From Mycobacterium tuberculosis H37Rv (GTDB lineage: Bacteria > Actinomycetota > Actinomycetes > Mycobacteriales > Mycobacteriaceae): a DNA stretch of 32,000 bases. Each line of letters begins with the position of its first letter. Position 1 is the stretch's first letter. The DNA lies in assembly GCF_000195955.2 (NCBI RefSeq), contig NC_000962.3, positions 1,470,001-1,502,000 of the forward strand, read 5' to 3'. The notes beneath the pieces were generated by a model, which ran no database searches, was not told the DNA's origin, and saw only the letters and a program-made list of their open reading frames with translations. Below, one piece after another: positions 18,154 through 27,220 of the stretch. The position numbers were made by a program, and so were the translations under genes.

Positions 18154-19965
18154 CTACGACAACCCGGGTGATCCGTTCAGGCCGAGCAGCCCGGCGGTGC
18201 CGCCGGCGCCACCCTTACCCGGCGCACTGCCGACTCCGCCGTTTCCGCCGTTGCCTCCATTGCCGATCAGGGTGGCGTTGCCGCCGGAGCCGCCGACACC
18301 GCCGTTTGCCACCACGCTTGCGCCGCCGGCGCCGCCGTCGCCGCCGTTGCCGACCATCCCGGCCTTGCCACCCTTGCCGCCGTTCCCCCCGTCGCCGGCG
18401 ATGCCGAGTCCGCCGGCGCCGCCGGCGCCGCCATCGCCGTTGAGCAGGCCGGCGTTGCCGCCGGCCCCACCGTCGCCGGCGGTCTCGCCGAACCCGCCGG
18501 CTCCGCCGGCCCCGCCCGCACCCGAGAGCCCGGCGGCGTTGCCGCCGGCCCCGCCGGCCCCCCCGACCGACCCGAATTCGATGCCAGTCCCGCCGGCGCC
18601 ACCAGCGCCGCCGTCACCGATCAACCCGCCGGTGCCGCCGGTGCCGCCGCTACCGGCCGCGCCCCGGACGCTGTCGCCGCCGGTACCGCCGGCGCCGCCG
18701 TCGCCGATCAGCTTGGCGGCCCCGCCGCTGCCACCGGACCCGCCGATGCCGCCGGCCATTTGGTCCGCACTGGAGGCGCCGAACCCTCCGGTGCCCCCGG
18801 CGCCGCCGGGACCGAACAGTGCGCCGGCACCGCCGATGCCGCCGACGCCTCCTTTGCCGCCGGTGCCGCCGGGGTCGGGCGCGCCGAGACCGGTTCCGCC
18901 GGTGCCGCCAATGCCGCCAGCGCCGAAGAGGATGCCGGCGTTGCCGCCCGCCCCGCCGGCCCCGCCCTCACCGCCCACGAGTTGGTTACCGGTGCCAGTT
19001 CCGCCGGTGCCGCCGGTCCCGCCGTTGCCGGTGAAGATGCCGCCGTCGCCTCCGGTGCCGCCGTTCCCTCCGGCCGAGCCGGAGACTCCGAACCCGCCGG
19101 CGCCGCCGGCACCGCCATTGGAGAACAGCCCGCCGCCCCCGCCGGTGCCGCCGGTGCCACCGGTGCCCCCGTTGACGCTCAACCCGCCGGTGCCGCCGGC
19201 ACCGCCGGCGGCCAACACCTCGAACAGCCCGCTGCGACCGCCGGCCCCGCCGGCGCCACCGTTGAAGCCTGGCCCGCCGGCCCCGCCGATGCCACCGGCT
19301 CCGAACAGCCCGGCCGCCCCGCCGTCGCCGCCGAGCCCGCCTGTGCCGGTGTTCCCGACTCCGCCGGGCCCACCGGCGCCGCCGGAGCCGAACAGCAGCC
19401 CGCCGGCCCCGCCGGCCCCGCCAGCCGCGCCGTTGCCCGGGCCGTCACCCCCGGCCCCACCCGCCCCGCCGTTGCCGAATAGCCCCGCGGCTCCACCTGG
19501 GCCGCCGGCCTGGCCGGGCGCCCCGGACCCGCCGGCCCCGCCGTTGCCGTACAGCAGCCCGCCGGCCCCGCCGGCTTGCCCGGTCCCCGGTGCGCCGTTG
19601 GCGCCGTTGCCGATCAGCGGACGCCCCAGCAACAGCTGGGTGGGCGTGTTCACAATGTTGAGCAGGCCCTCCAACGGCGCCGCGGCGGCGGCCTCAGCGC
19701 TCGCGTACGCGCCAGCGCCCGCAGTAAAGGTTTGAACGAACTGGGCATGAAACGCCGACATCTGAGCGCTCACCGCCTGATAGGCCTGGCCATGCGCGGC
19801 GAACAGCGACGCGATGGCCGCCGACACCTCATCAGCACCGGCTGCCAGAAGTTCCGTCGTCGGGCCCAATGCCGCGGCGTTGGCGGCCCCCAGCGTCGAC
19901 CCGATGTTCGCCAAATCCGAAGCGGCCCTCACCAGCGTCTCGGGAGCGGCGATTACAAACGACAT
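18154..19965 (-). CDS. PE_PGRS24: PE_PGRS family protein (603 aa)
   Basis: N-terminal PE domain ([32 protein letters not shown]...) followed by about 500 aa of GGAGG/GGNGG repeats. GGAGG Shine-Dalgarno lies 5 nt upstream of the ATG. Confidence 0.93.
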   Translation of the reverse strand: MSFVIAAPETLVRAASDLANIGSTLGAANAAALGPTTELLAAGADEVSAAIASLFAAHGQAYQAVSAQMSAFHAQFVQTFTAGAGAYASAEAAAAAPLEGLLNIVNTPTQLLLGRPLIGNGANGAPGTGQAGGAGGLLYGNGGAGGSGAPGQAGGPGGAAGLFGNGGAGGAGGDGPGNGAAGGAGGAGGLLFGSGGAGGPGGVGNTGTGGLGGDGGAAGLFGAGGIGGAGGPGFNGGAGGAGGRSGLFEVLAAGGAGGTGGLSVNGGTGGTGGTGGGGGLFSNGGAGGAGGFGVSGSAGGNGGTGGDGGIFTGNGGTGGTGGTGTGNQLVGGEGGAGGAGGNAGILFGAGGIGGTGGTGLGAPDPGGTGGKGGVGGIGGAGALFGPGGAGGTGGFGASSADQMAGGIGGSGGSGGAAKLIGDGGAGGTGGDSVRGAAGSGGTGGTGGLIGDGGAGGAGGTGIEFGSVGGAGGAGGNAAGLSGAGGAGGAGGFGETAGDGGAGGNAGLLNGDGGAGGAGGLGIAGDGGNGGKGGKAGMVGNGGDGGAGGASVVANGGVGGSGGNATLIGNGGNGGNGGVGSAPGKGGAGGTAGLLGLNGSPGLS

Positions 19966-20116
19966 GCTTTCCTCCGATCAGCTGTGCGTCGAGTATCCAG
20001 CTCGAGTTAGCACAGGGTAGCGCTATCGCTTAGCCTTTCTGATCAATCTCGGAGTGCAGTGTGCAGAGTGCATCGAATCGGCTCATCAGGCATGTGCAAT
20101 CTGCTCATGGCAGGCG

Positions 20117-22312
20117 CTAGGCGGGCGTCAGCCACAGCGCCGAAGTGGGCGGCAGCACCAGCACCGCGGACGCCGGGCGGCCATGCCAGGGGTCGTCGGT
20201 GGCGTCCACGCCGCCGAGGTTGCCGATCCCTGAGCCGTGGTAGATCGTCGCGTCGGTATTGAGCACCTCGCGCCAGCGGCCCGCGCGCGGCAGCCCGAGT
20301 CGATAGTCACGGTGTTCGGCACCTGCGAAATTGAACACGCAGGCCAGCACCGAGCCGTCGCTGCCGTAGCGCATAAAGCTCAACACATTGTTGGCGGAGT
20401 CGTTGGCGTCGATCCAAGAATAGCCTTCGGGGGTGGTGTCTAAGCTCCACAGCGCCGGGTGGCATCGGTAGATGTCGTTGATGTCGCGCACCAGCCGCTG
20501 AATCCCGTTGGAGAAGCCGTTTTCGTCGAGTTGGAACCAGTCCAGGCCGCGCTGCTCGGACCATTCGGCGCGTTGGCCGAATTCCTGACCCATGAACAGC
20601 AATTGCTTGCCGGGGTGTGCCCATTGGTAGGCAAGCAGGCTACGCAGGCCGGCGGCCTTGACGTGATTGTTGCCCGGCATCCGCCCCCACAGCGTGCCTT
20701 TGCCGTGCACCACCTCGTCATGACTGAGCGGCAACACGTAATTTTCGCTGAACGCATACAGCATCGAGAACGTCATCTCGTGGTGGTGGTAGCTGCGGTA
20801 CACCGGATCTCGGCTGACGTAGTCGAGCGTGTCGTGCATCCAGCCCATGTTCCACTTCATCGAAAAGCCCAGGCCGCCAATGTTGGTCGGGCGGGTCACC
20901 CCAGACCACGGCGTGGACTCCTCGGCGATGGTGACGATTCCCGGCGCGACCTTGTGCGCCGTGGCGTTCATCTCCTGCAGGAACTGCACTGCTTCCAGGT
21001 TCTCCCGGCCGCCGTGGACGTTGGGGGTCCAGCCGCCCTCGGGTCGCGAGTAGTCTAGATAGAGCATTGAGGCCACCGCGTCCACCCGCAGGCCGTCGAT
21101 GTGGAACTCCTGTAGCCAGTACAACGCATTGGCTACCAGAAAGTTGCGCACTTCCGGGCGGCCGAAGTCGAACACGTATGTGCCCCAATCCAGTTGCTCG
21201 CCGCGTTTGGGATCGGAATGTTCGTAGAGCGGAGTGCCGTCGAACCGTCCCAGGGCCCACGCGTCCTTCGGGAAGTGCGCTGGGACCCAATCCACGATGA
21301 CGCCGATGCCGGCCTGGTGCAGGGCGTCGACCAGCGCCCGGAAGTCGTCGGGTGTGCCGAATCGTGATGTCGGCGCATAGTAGGACGTGACCTGATACCC
21401 CCATGATCCGGCGAATGGATGCTCGGCGACGGGCAACAGCTCCACATGGGTAAACCCTTGATCCACAATGTAATCCGTCAACTCACGAGCAAGCTGGCGG
21501 TAGCTGAGTCCAGGCCGCCACGAACCGAGATGGACTTCGTAGGTGCTCATCGCCTCGTTCACCGGGTTGCGCAGCGCACGCCCAGCCATCCAGTCGTCGT
21601 CACCCCAGGTGTAGTCACTCGACGTCACCCGCGATGCGGTCTGCGGCGGCACCTCGGTGCCGAACGCGAACGGGTCGGCCCGATCGGTAACCACGCCGTC
21701 GGCGCCGTGCACGCGGAACTTGTACAGACCGTCGCAAGGGAAGTCGGGCCAGAACAATTCCCATACCCCTGATGGGCCGAGCACCCGCATGGGGGCTTCG
21801 TGGCCATTCCAACCGTTGAACTCGCCGATCAAGCTGACGCCCTTGGCGTTGGGCGCCCACACGGCGAACGACACGCCACTCACCACACCGTCGGCCGTGG
21901 TAAACGAGCGGGGGTGGGCACCCAGGACTTCCCAAAGCCGTTCGTGGCGGCCCTCGGCGAACAGGTGCAGGTCGACCTCGCCCAGGGTGGGCAGGAATCG
22001 GTACGCATCGGCCACGGTGTGTGGCTCGCAACCTTCATAGGTCACCTGCAGGCGGTAGTCGATGAGGTCGACGAACGGCAATGCGACGGCAAACAGGCCA
22101 GAATCGAGGTGCTGCAACGAGAACCGGTCCTTACCAACGAGCGCGACGACCTCGACGGCATGCGGACGGAACGCTCGGATGACGGTATGGTCGTCGTATT
22201 CGTGGGCGCCCAGGATGCCGTGCGGGTTGTGATGTGTACCCGCCACCAAGCGCGCCATTTCGGCCGGCTCGGGTGCAAGGTGCTCCCCGGTGAGTTTCTC
22301 GGATCGACTCAT
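20117..22312 (-). CDS. glgB: 1,4-alpha-glucan branching enzyme (731 aa)
   Basis: GH13 branching-enzyme motifs [35 protein letters not shown]. The ATG lies 7 nt after the glgE stop. Confidence 0.96.
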   Translation of the reverse strand: MSRSEKLTGEHLAPEPAEMARLVAGTHHNPHGILGAHEYDDHTVIRAFRPHAVEVVALVGKDRFSLQHLDSGLFAVALPFVDLIDYRLQVTYEGCEPHTVADAYRFLPTLGEVDLHLFAEGRHERLWEVLGAHPRSFTTADGVVSGVSFAVWAPNAKGVSLIGEFNGWNGHEAPMRVLGPSGVWELFWPDFPCDGLYKFRVHGADGVVTDRADPFAFGTEVPPQTASRVTSSDYTWGDDDWMAGRALRNPVNEAMSTYEVHLGSWRPGLSYRQLARELTDYIVDQGFTHVELLPVAEHPFAGSWGYQVTSYYAPTSRFGTPDDFRALVDALHQAGIGVIVDWVPAHFPKDAWALGRFDGTPLYEHSDPKRGEQLDWGTYVFDFGRPEVRNFLVANALYWLQEFHIDGLRVDAVASMLYLDYSRPEGGWTPNVHGGRENLEAVQFLQEMNATAHKVAPGIVTIAEESTPWSGVTRPTNIGGLGFSMKWNMGWMHDTLDYVSRDPVYRSYHHHEMTFSMLYAFSENYVLPLSHDEVVHGKGTLWGRMPGNNHVKAAGLRSLLAYQWAHPGKQLLFMGQEFGQRAEWSEQRGLDWFQLDENGFSNGIQRLVRDINDIYRCHPALWSLDTTPEGYSWIDANDSANNVLSFMRYGSDGSVLACVFNFAGAEHRDYRLGLPRAGRWREVLNTDATIYHGSGIGNLGGVDATDDPWHGRPASAVLVLPPTSALWLTPA

Positions 22313-22319
22313 GAGCCCG

Positions 22320-24425
22320 TCACCTCCTGCGCAGCAGCGTGTTTCGGCTCTCGTAGGGCACGGCTGGCATGTTGATGATGTGGGCGACTGCCCGTGCTGG
22401 GTCGATGCGGATGTAATTGGCTTGCCCCCATTGGTATTCTTCGCCGGTTATCTCGTCGCGCACCCAAAACCGGTCGTAGTCCTCCATGCCCAACGCCGCC
22501 ATGTCCAACCACAGCGTAGCTTCTTCAGGACCAAATGCGTTGAGTGTCACCACCACCAACACGCAGTCGCCGGTGGCCGGGTCGAACTTGCTGTAGGCCA
22601 GCAACGCGTCGTTGTCAACGTGGTGAAAATGAATGGTACGCAACTGTTGAAACGCCGGGTGCAGCCGGCGAATTATATTGAGCCGTGTGATGAACGGCTG
22701 CAAAGATCTACCCTGGTCCAGCGCGCTGGCAAAGTCGCGGGGACGCAATTCGTACTTCTCCGAGTCCAGGTACTCCTCGCTGCCCTCGCGCACCGCACGG
22801 TGCTCGAAAAGCTCATAACCGCAGTACATCCCCCAGGCTGGGCTCATGGTGGCGGCCAGCACCGCGCGGATGGCGAACATGCCTGGACCGTTGTGCTGCA
22901 GCACCGCGTGCAGGATGTCCGGGGTGTTGACGAACAGGTTGGGCCGACGGTAGTCGGCGAGTTCGGCTATCTGGTTGCCGAATTCGGTGAGCTCCCACTT
23001 GGTCGTGCGCCAGGTGAAATAGCTGTAGGACTGCGTGAAGCCGAGCTTGGCCAGCCCGTACTGGCGGGCGGGCGGGGTGAAAGCCTCGGACAGGAACAGC
23101 ACGTCGGGGTCGACGGTCTTCACCTGCGCGATCAGCCAGGCCCAGAAGTTGGGTGGTTTGGTGTGGGGATTGTCGACGCGAAAGAACTTGACGCCGTGGT
23201 TAACCCAATGTTGCACCACGCGCAGCACTTCGTCGTACAGGCCCTCGGGATCGTTGTCGAAGTTGAGCGGATAGATGTCCTGGTACTTCTTCGGTGGATT
23301 CTCCGCGTAGGCGATGGTGCCGTCCGGCAGCTCGGTGAACCACTGCCGGTGTTCGCGGGCCCACGGATGATCCGGTGCGCATTGCAGCGCCAGGTCCAGC
23401 GCGACCTCCATGCCCAGATCGCGTGCCGCGGAGACGAAGTCGTCGAAGTCGTCGATGGTGCCCAGGCTGGGATGAACGGTATCGTGACCGCCCTCATCGC
23501 TACCGATCGCCCACGGCGATCCCACGTCTGTCGGTGCGGCGGTGGGCGAGTTGTTGCGACCCTTGCGATGCACCTTGCCAATTGGATGGATCGGCGGCAG
23601 GTACACCACGTCGAACCCCATGCCGGCGATGCGCGGAAGTTCTGCCGCAGCGGTGGCGAAGGTGCCGTGTACCGGGTTGCCGTCGTCGTCCCACCCGCCG
23701 GTTGAGCGCGGAAACATCTCATACCAAGCGCCGAACCGGGCCAACGGCCGATCCACCCAGACGCCGAATTGCTCGCCCCGGGTGACCAGGTCCCGCAGCG
23801 GATAGTCGGCCAGCAGCTCTTCGATTTCCGGTGTCAGGGCCAACGCGGTGCGGGTCACCGGGTCACCGGGGGTCCGCAGCGCTGCCGCGGCCGCCAGGAG
23901 GGGATCGCGTAACCCGCGCGGCACACCGGTCGCCGCGCGCTCCAACAGCACCGCGCCTACCAACAGGTCGTTGGACAGCTCGGTCTCTCCCTGGCCGGCA
24001 TCTAGCTTGGCTATCAGCCCATGGCGCCAGGTGTGGATCGGGTCACCCCAACCATCCACCCGGAAGGTCCACAATCCGACCCGGTCGGGGGTGAACTGGC
24101 CGTGGAAAACGAAGGGCTCCTGGCCGCTCGTCATCGGGATCAGCAGCGGCTTGACGCGTTGTTGGGGCTCGCTCGGCGTCGGAAGCACCCTGGCCCGGGG
24201 TCTGTCGGTGAGGTGTGGGTAACGCACTCCGAGGTAGCGCACGACCAGCGTCGCTGCGACGGCCTCGTGGCCTTCACGCCAGACCGCCGCGCTGACCGGG
24301 ACCACCTCGCCGACCACCGCCTTGGCGGGATATACGCCGCACGAAACGACGGGCGCGACGTCATCGATTTCGACACGACCGGGCACCCACCACTCCGTTT
24401 CCGTTCCGATTGCCCGGCCACTCAC
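22320..24425 (-). CDS. glgE: alpha-1,4-glucan:maltose-1-phosphate maltosyltransferase GlgE (701 aa from GTG 24425)
   Basis: GH13 family: [42 protein letters not shown]-terminus. The track ORF extends 36 codons further to ATG 24533, but I recall the 701-aa form as the annotated one. Confidence 0.9.
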
Positions 24426-24563
24426 CGGGACATCTTGTATGTGTCGTTCCTTGTGTGTCCTTCTTGCGCCCGATACCCACCCTAGTATCCGATCACACCC
24501 GCGAAGGCACAGCGGTCGGCGGGCGCACTGCACGCGGTGGCATCCTCAGTAAGGTAAGGACGC

Positions 24564-27155
24564 GTGAAAGCCCTTCGCCGGTTTACCGTCCGAGCCCACC
24601 TACCCGAACGTCTTGCCGCCCTGGACCAGCTGTCTACCAATCTGCGGTGGTCCTGGGACAAACCGACACAGGATCTGTTCGCGGCGATCGACCCTGCACT
24701 GTGGGAGCAATGCGGTCATGATCCGGTGGCGCTGCTGGGCGCGGTGAACCCAGCGCGTCTCGACGAACTTGCGCTGGACGCAGAATTTTTGGGCGCCCTC
24801 GATGAGCTGGCGGCCGACTTGAACGACTACCTGAGCCGTCCGCTGTGGTATCAGGAGCAGCAGGACGCCGGGGTAGCCGCACAAGCCCTGCCGACCGGGA
24901 TCGCGTACTTCTCGCTGGAGTTCGGGGTAGCCGAGGTGTTGCCTAATTACTCGGGCGGTCTTGGGATTCTCGCCGGCGACCATCTGAAATCCGCGTCCGA
25001 TCTGGGCGTGCCGCTGATCGCGGTGGGGTTGTACTACCGCTCCGGCTACTTCCGGCAATCGCTTACCGCGGACGGCTGGCAGCACGAGACCTACCCATCG
25101 CTGGACCCGCAAGGGCTGCCGTTGCGTCTGCTCACCGACGCCAACGGGGATCCAGTGCTGGTCGAGGTCGCCCTGGGAGACAACGCCGTGTTGCGCGCCC
25201 GGATCTGGGTAGCGCAGGTGGGTAGGGTTCCGTTGCTCTTGTTGGATTCTGATATCCCGGAGAACGAGCACGACCTGCGCAACGTCACCGACCGCCTCTA
25301 CGGTGGCGACCAGGAACATCGCATCAAACAAGAGATCCTGGCCGGCATCGGCGGGGTGCGGGCGATTCGTGCGTACACCGCCGTCGAAAAGCTCACCCCG
25401 CCTGAGGTCTTCCACATGAACGAGGGCCACGCCGGATTCCTCGGCATCGAACGCATCCGTGAACTGGTCACCGATGCGGGTTTGGATTTCGACACCGCAT
25501 TGACTGTGGTGCGGTCCAGCACGGTGTTCACCACTCATACTCCCGTCCCCGCCGGGATCGACCGGTTCCCGCTCGAGATGGTGCAGCGCTACGTCAATGA
25601 CCAGCGCGGCGATGGCCGGTCTCGGCTGTTGCCTGGGTTGCCGGCCGACCGCATCGTCGCGTTGGGCGCCGAGGACGATCCGGCCAAATTCAACATGGCA
25701 CACATGGGCCTGCGGCTGGCGCAGCGGGCCAACGGCGTCTCGTTGCTGCATGGCCGGGTCAGTCGTGCCATGTTCAACGAGCTGTGGGCGGGATTCGACC
25801 CCGATGAGGTGCCGATCGGCTCCGTCACCAACGGTGTGCACGCGCCCACCTGGGCGGCGCCGCAGTGGTTGCAGCTGGGCCGCGAGCTGGCCGGGTCGGA
25901 CTCTTTGCGCGAGCCCGTCGTTTGGCAGCGACTGCATCAGGTCGATCCTGCTCATCTGTGGTGGATCCGCTCACAACTGCGGTCGATGCTGGTGGAGGAC
26001 GTCCGGGCGCGGTTGCGGCAATCATGGCTGGAACGTGGTGCAACGGATGCCGAACTGGGTTGGATCGCGACGGCATTCGATCCGAATGTGCTCACCGTCG
26101 GCTTCGCCCGGCGGGTCCCGACCTACAAGCGGCTGACGTTGATGTTGCGCGATCCCGATCGGCTCGAGCAACTGCTGCTCGACGAACAGCGGCCGATCCA
26201 GCTGATAGTGGCTGGGAAGTCGCACCCGGCCGACGACGGGGGCAAAGCGCTGATCCAGCAGGTGGTGCGGTTCGCCGACCGGCCGCAGGTCCGCCACCGC
26301 ATCGCCTTCCTGCCGAACTACGACATGTCGATGGCCCGGCTGTTGTACTGGGGCTGCGACGTCTGGTTGAACAACCCGCTGCGGCCGCTAGAGGCGTGTG
26401 GTACCTCGGGCATGAAAAGCGCGCTTAACGGCGGGCTGAATTTGTCGATCCGTGACGGCTGGTGGGACGAGTGGTACGACGGCGAAAACGGTTGGGAGAT
26501 ACCGTCTGCCGACGGTGTGGCGGACGAGAACCGTCGCGACGACCTGGAGGCCGGCGCGCTCTACGACCTGCTGGCACAAGCCGTGGCACCGAAGTTCTAC
26601 GAGCGCGATGAACGCGGGGTGCCGCAGCGGTGGGTAGAGATGGTCCGGCATACCCTACAAACGCTCGGGCCCAAGGTGCTGGCTTCTCGAATGGTGCGCG
26701 ACTACGTCGAGCATTACTACGCGCCGGCGGCGCAGTCTTTTCGCCGGACCGCGGGCGCCCAGTTCGACGCGGCCCGCGAGCTGGCCGACTACCGCCGGCG
26801 CGCGGAAGAAGCGTGGCCCAAGATCGAGATTGCCGACGTCGACAGCACCGGTCTGCCGGATACTCCACTGCTCGGGTCCCAGCTGACCCTGACGGCAACC
26901 GTGCGGCTGGCCGGGCTGAGGCCAAACGACGTGACGGTGCAGGGGGTGCTGGGCAGGGTCGACGCCGGCGATGTGCTAATGGATCCGGTCACCGTCGAGA
27001 TGGCGCATACCGGCACCGGCGACGGCGGCTACGAGATCTTCTCGACGACGACGCCGCTGCCGCTGGCGGGGCCAGTCGGATACACCGTGCGGGTGCTGCC
27101 TCGCCACCCGATGCTGGCCGCCAGCAACGAGCTCGGCCTGGTCACCCTGGCCTGA
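24564..27155 (+). CDS. glgP: alpha-glucan (glycogen/maltodextrin) phosphorylase, GT35 (863 aa)
   Basis: GGLGILAGDHLKSASDLG and the pyridoxal-phosphate Lys motif ACGTSGMKSALNG. GTG start preceded by GTAAGGTAAGGA (an SD-like tract). Confidence 0.93.
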   Translation: MKALRRFTVRAHLPERLAALDQLSTNLRWSWDKPTQDLFAAIDPALWEQCGHDPVALLGAVNPARLDELALDAEFLGALDELAADLNDYLSRPLWYQEQQDAGVAAQALPTGIAYFSLEFGVAEVLPNYSGGLGILAGDHLKSASDLGVPLIAVGLYYRSGYFRQSLTADGWQHETYPSLDPQGLPLRLLTDANGDPVLVEVALGDNAVLRARIWVAQVGRVPLLLLDSDIPENEHDLRNVTDRLYGGDQEHRIKQEILAGIGGVRAIRAYTAVEKLTPPEVFHMNEGHAGFLGIERIRELVTDAGLDFDTALTVVRSSTVFTTHTPVPAGIDRFPLEMVQRYVNDQRGDGRSRLLPGLPADRIVALGAEDDPAKFNMAHMGLRLAQRANGVSLLHGRVSRAMFNELWAGFDPDEVPIGSVTNGVHAPTWAAPQWLQLGRELAGSDSLREPVVWQRLHQVDPAHLWWIRSQLRSMLVEDVRARLRQSWLERGATDAELGWIATAFDPNVLTVGFARRVPTYKRLTLMLRDPDRLEQLLLDEQRPIQLIVAGKSHPADDGGKALIQQVVRFADRPQVRHRIAFLPNYDMSMARLLYWGCDVWLNNPLRPLEACGTSGMKSALNGGLNLSIRDGWWDEWYDGENGWEIPSADGVADENRRDDLEAGALYDLLAQAVAPKFYERDERGVPQRWVEMVRHTLQTLGPKVLASRMVRDYVEHYYAPAAQSFRRTAGAQFDAARELADYRRRAEEAWPKIEIADVDSTGLPDTPLLGSQLTLTATVRLAGLRPNDVTVQGVLGRVDAGDVLMDPVTVEMAHTGTGDGGYEIFSTTTPLPLAGPVGYTVRVLPRHPMLAASNELGLVTLA

Positions 27156-27160
27156 CCCGC

Positions 27161-27220
27161 CGAGAAGACGCAAAAGCTCCTAAATCTGGCCGATTTAGTG
27201 GGCTTTTGCGTCTGCTCGCG
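27161..27220. terminator. imperfect palindromic hairpin of the same family as 18085-18144, between convergent glgP and dinG
   Basis: CGAGAAGACGCAAAAGCTCCTAAATC tggcc GATTTAGTGGGCTTTTGCGTCTGCTCGCG. It shares TGCGTCTGCTCGC and the TTTAG/CTAAA core with the first copy. The right arm overlaps the dinG stop and its last 8 codons. Confidence 0.6.

Noticed and set aside
18197-19735. A 512-aa proline-rich ORF on the plus strand, plus several other 100-240-aa ORFs on both strands across 18168-19496.
   Set aside because: They are shadow frames of the GGC/GCC-periodic PGRS repeat: antisense or shifted GGNGGN reads as PPP, AAA or RRR. There is no independent start context, and the PE_PGRS frame has the recognisable PE domain and SD.
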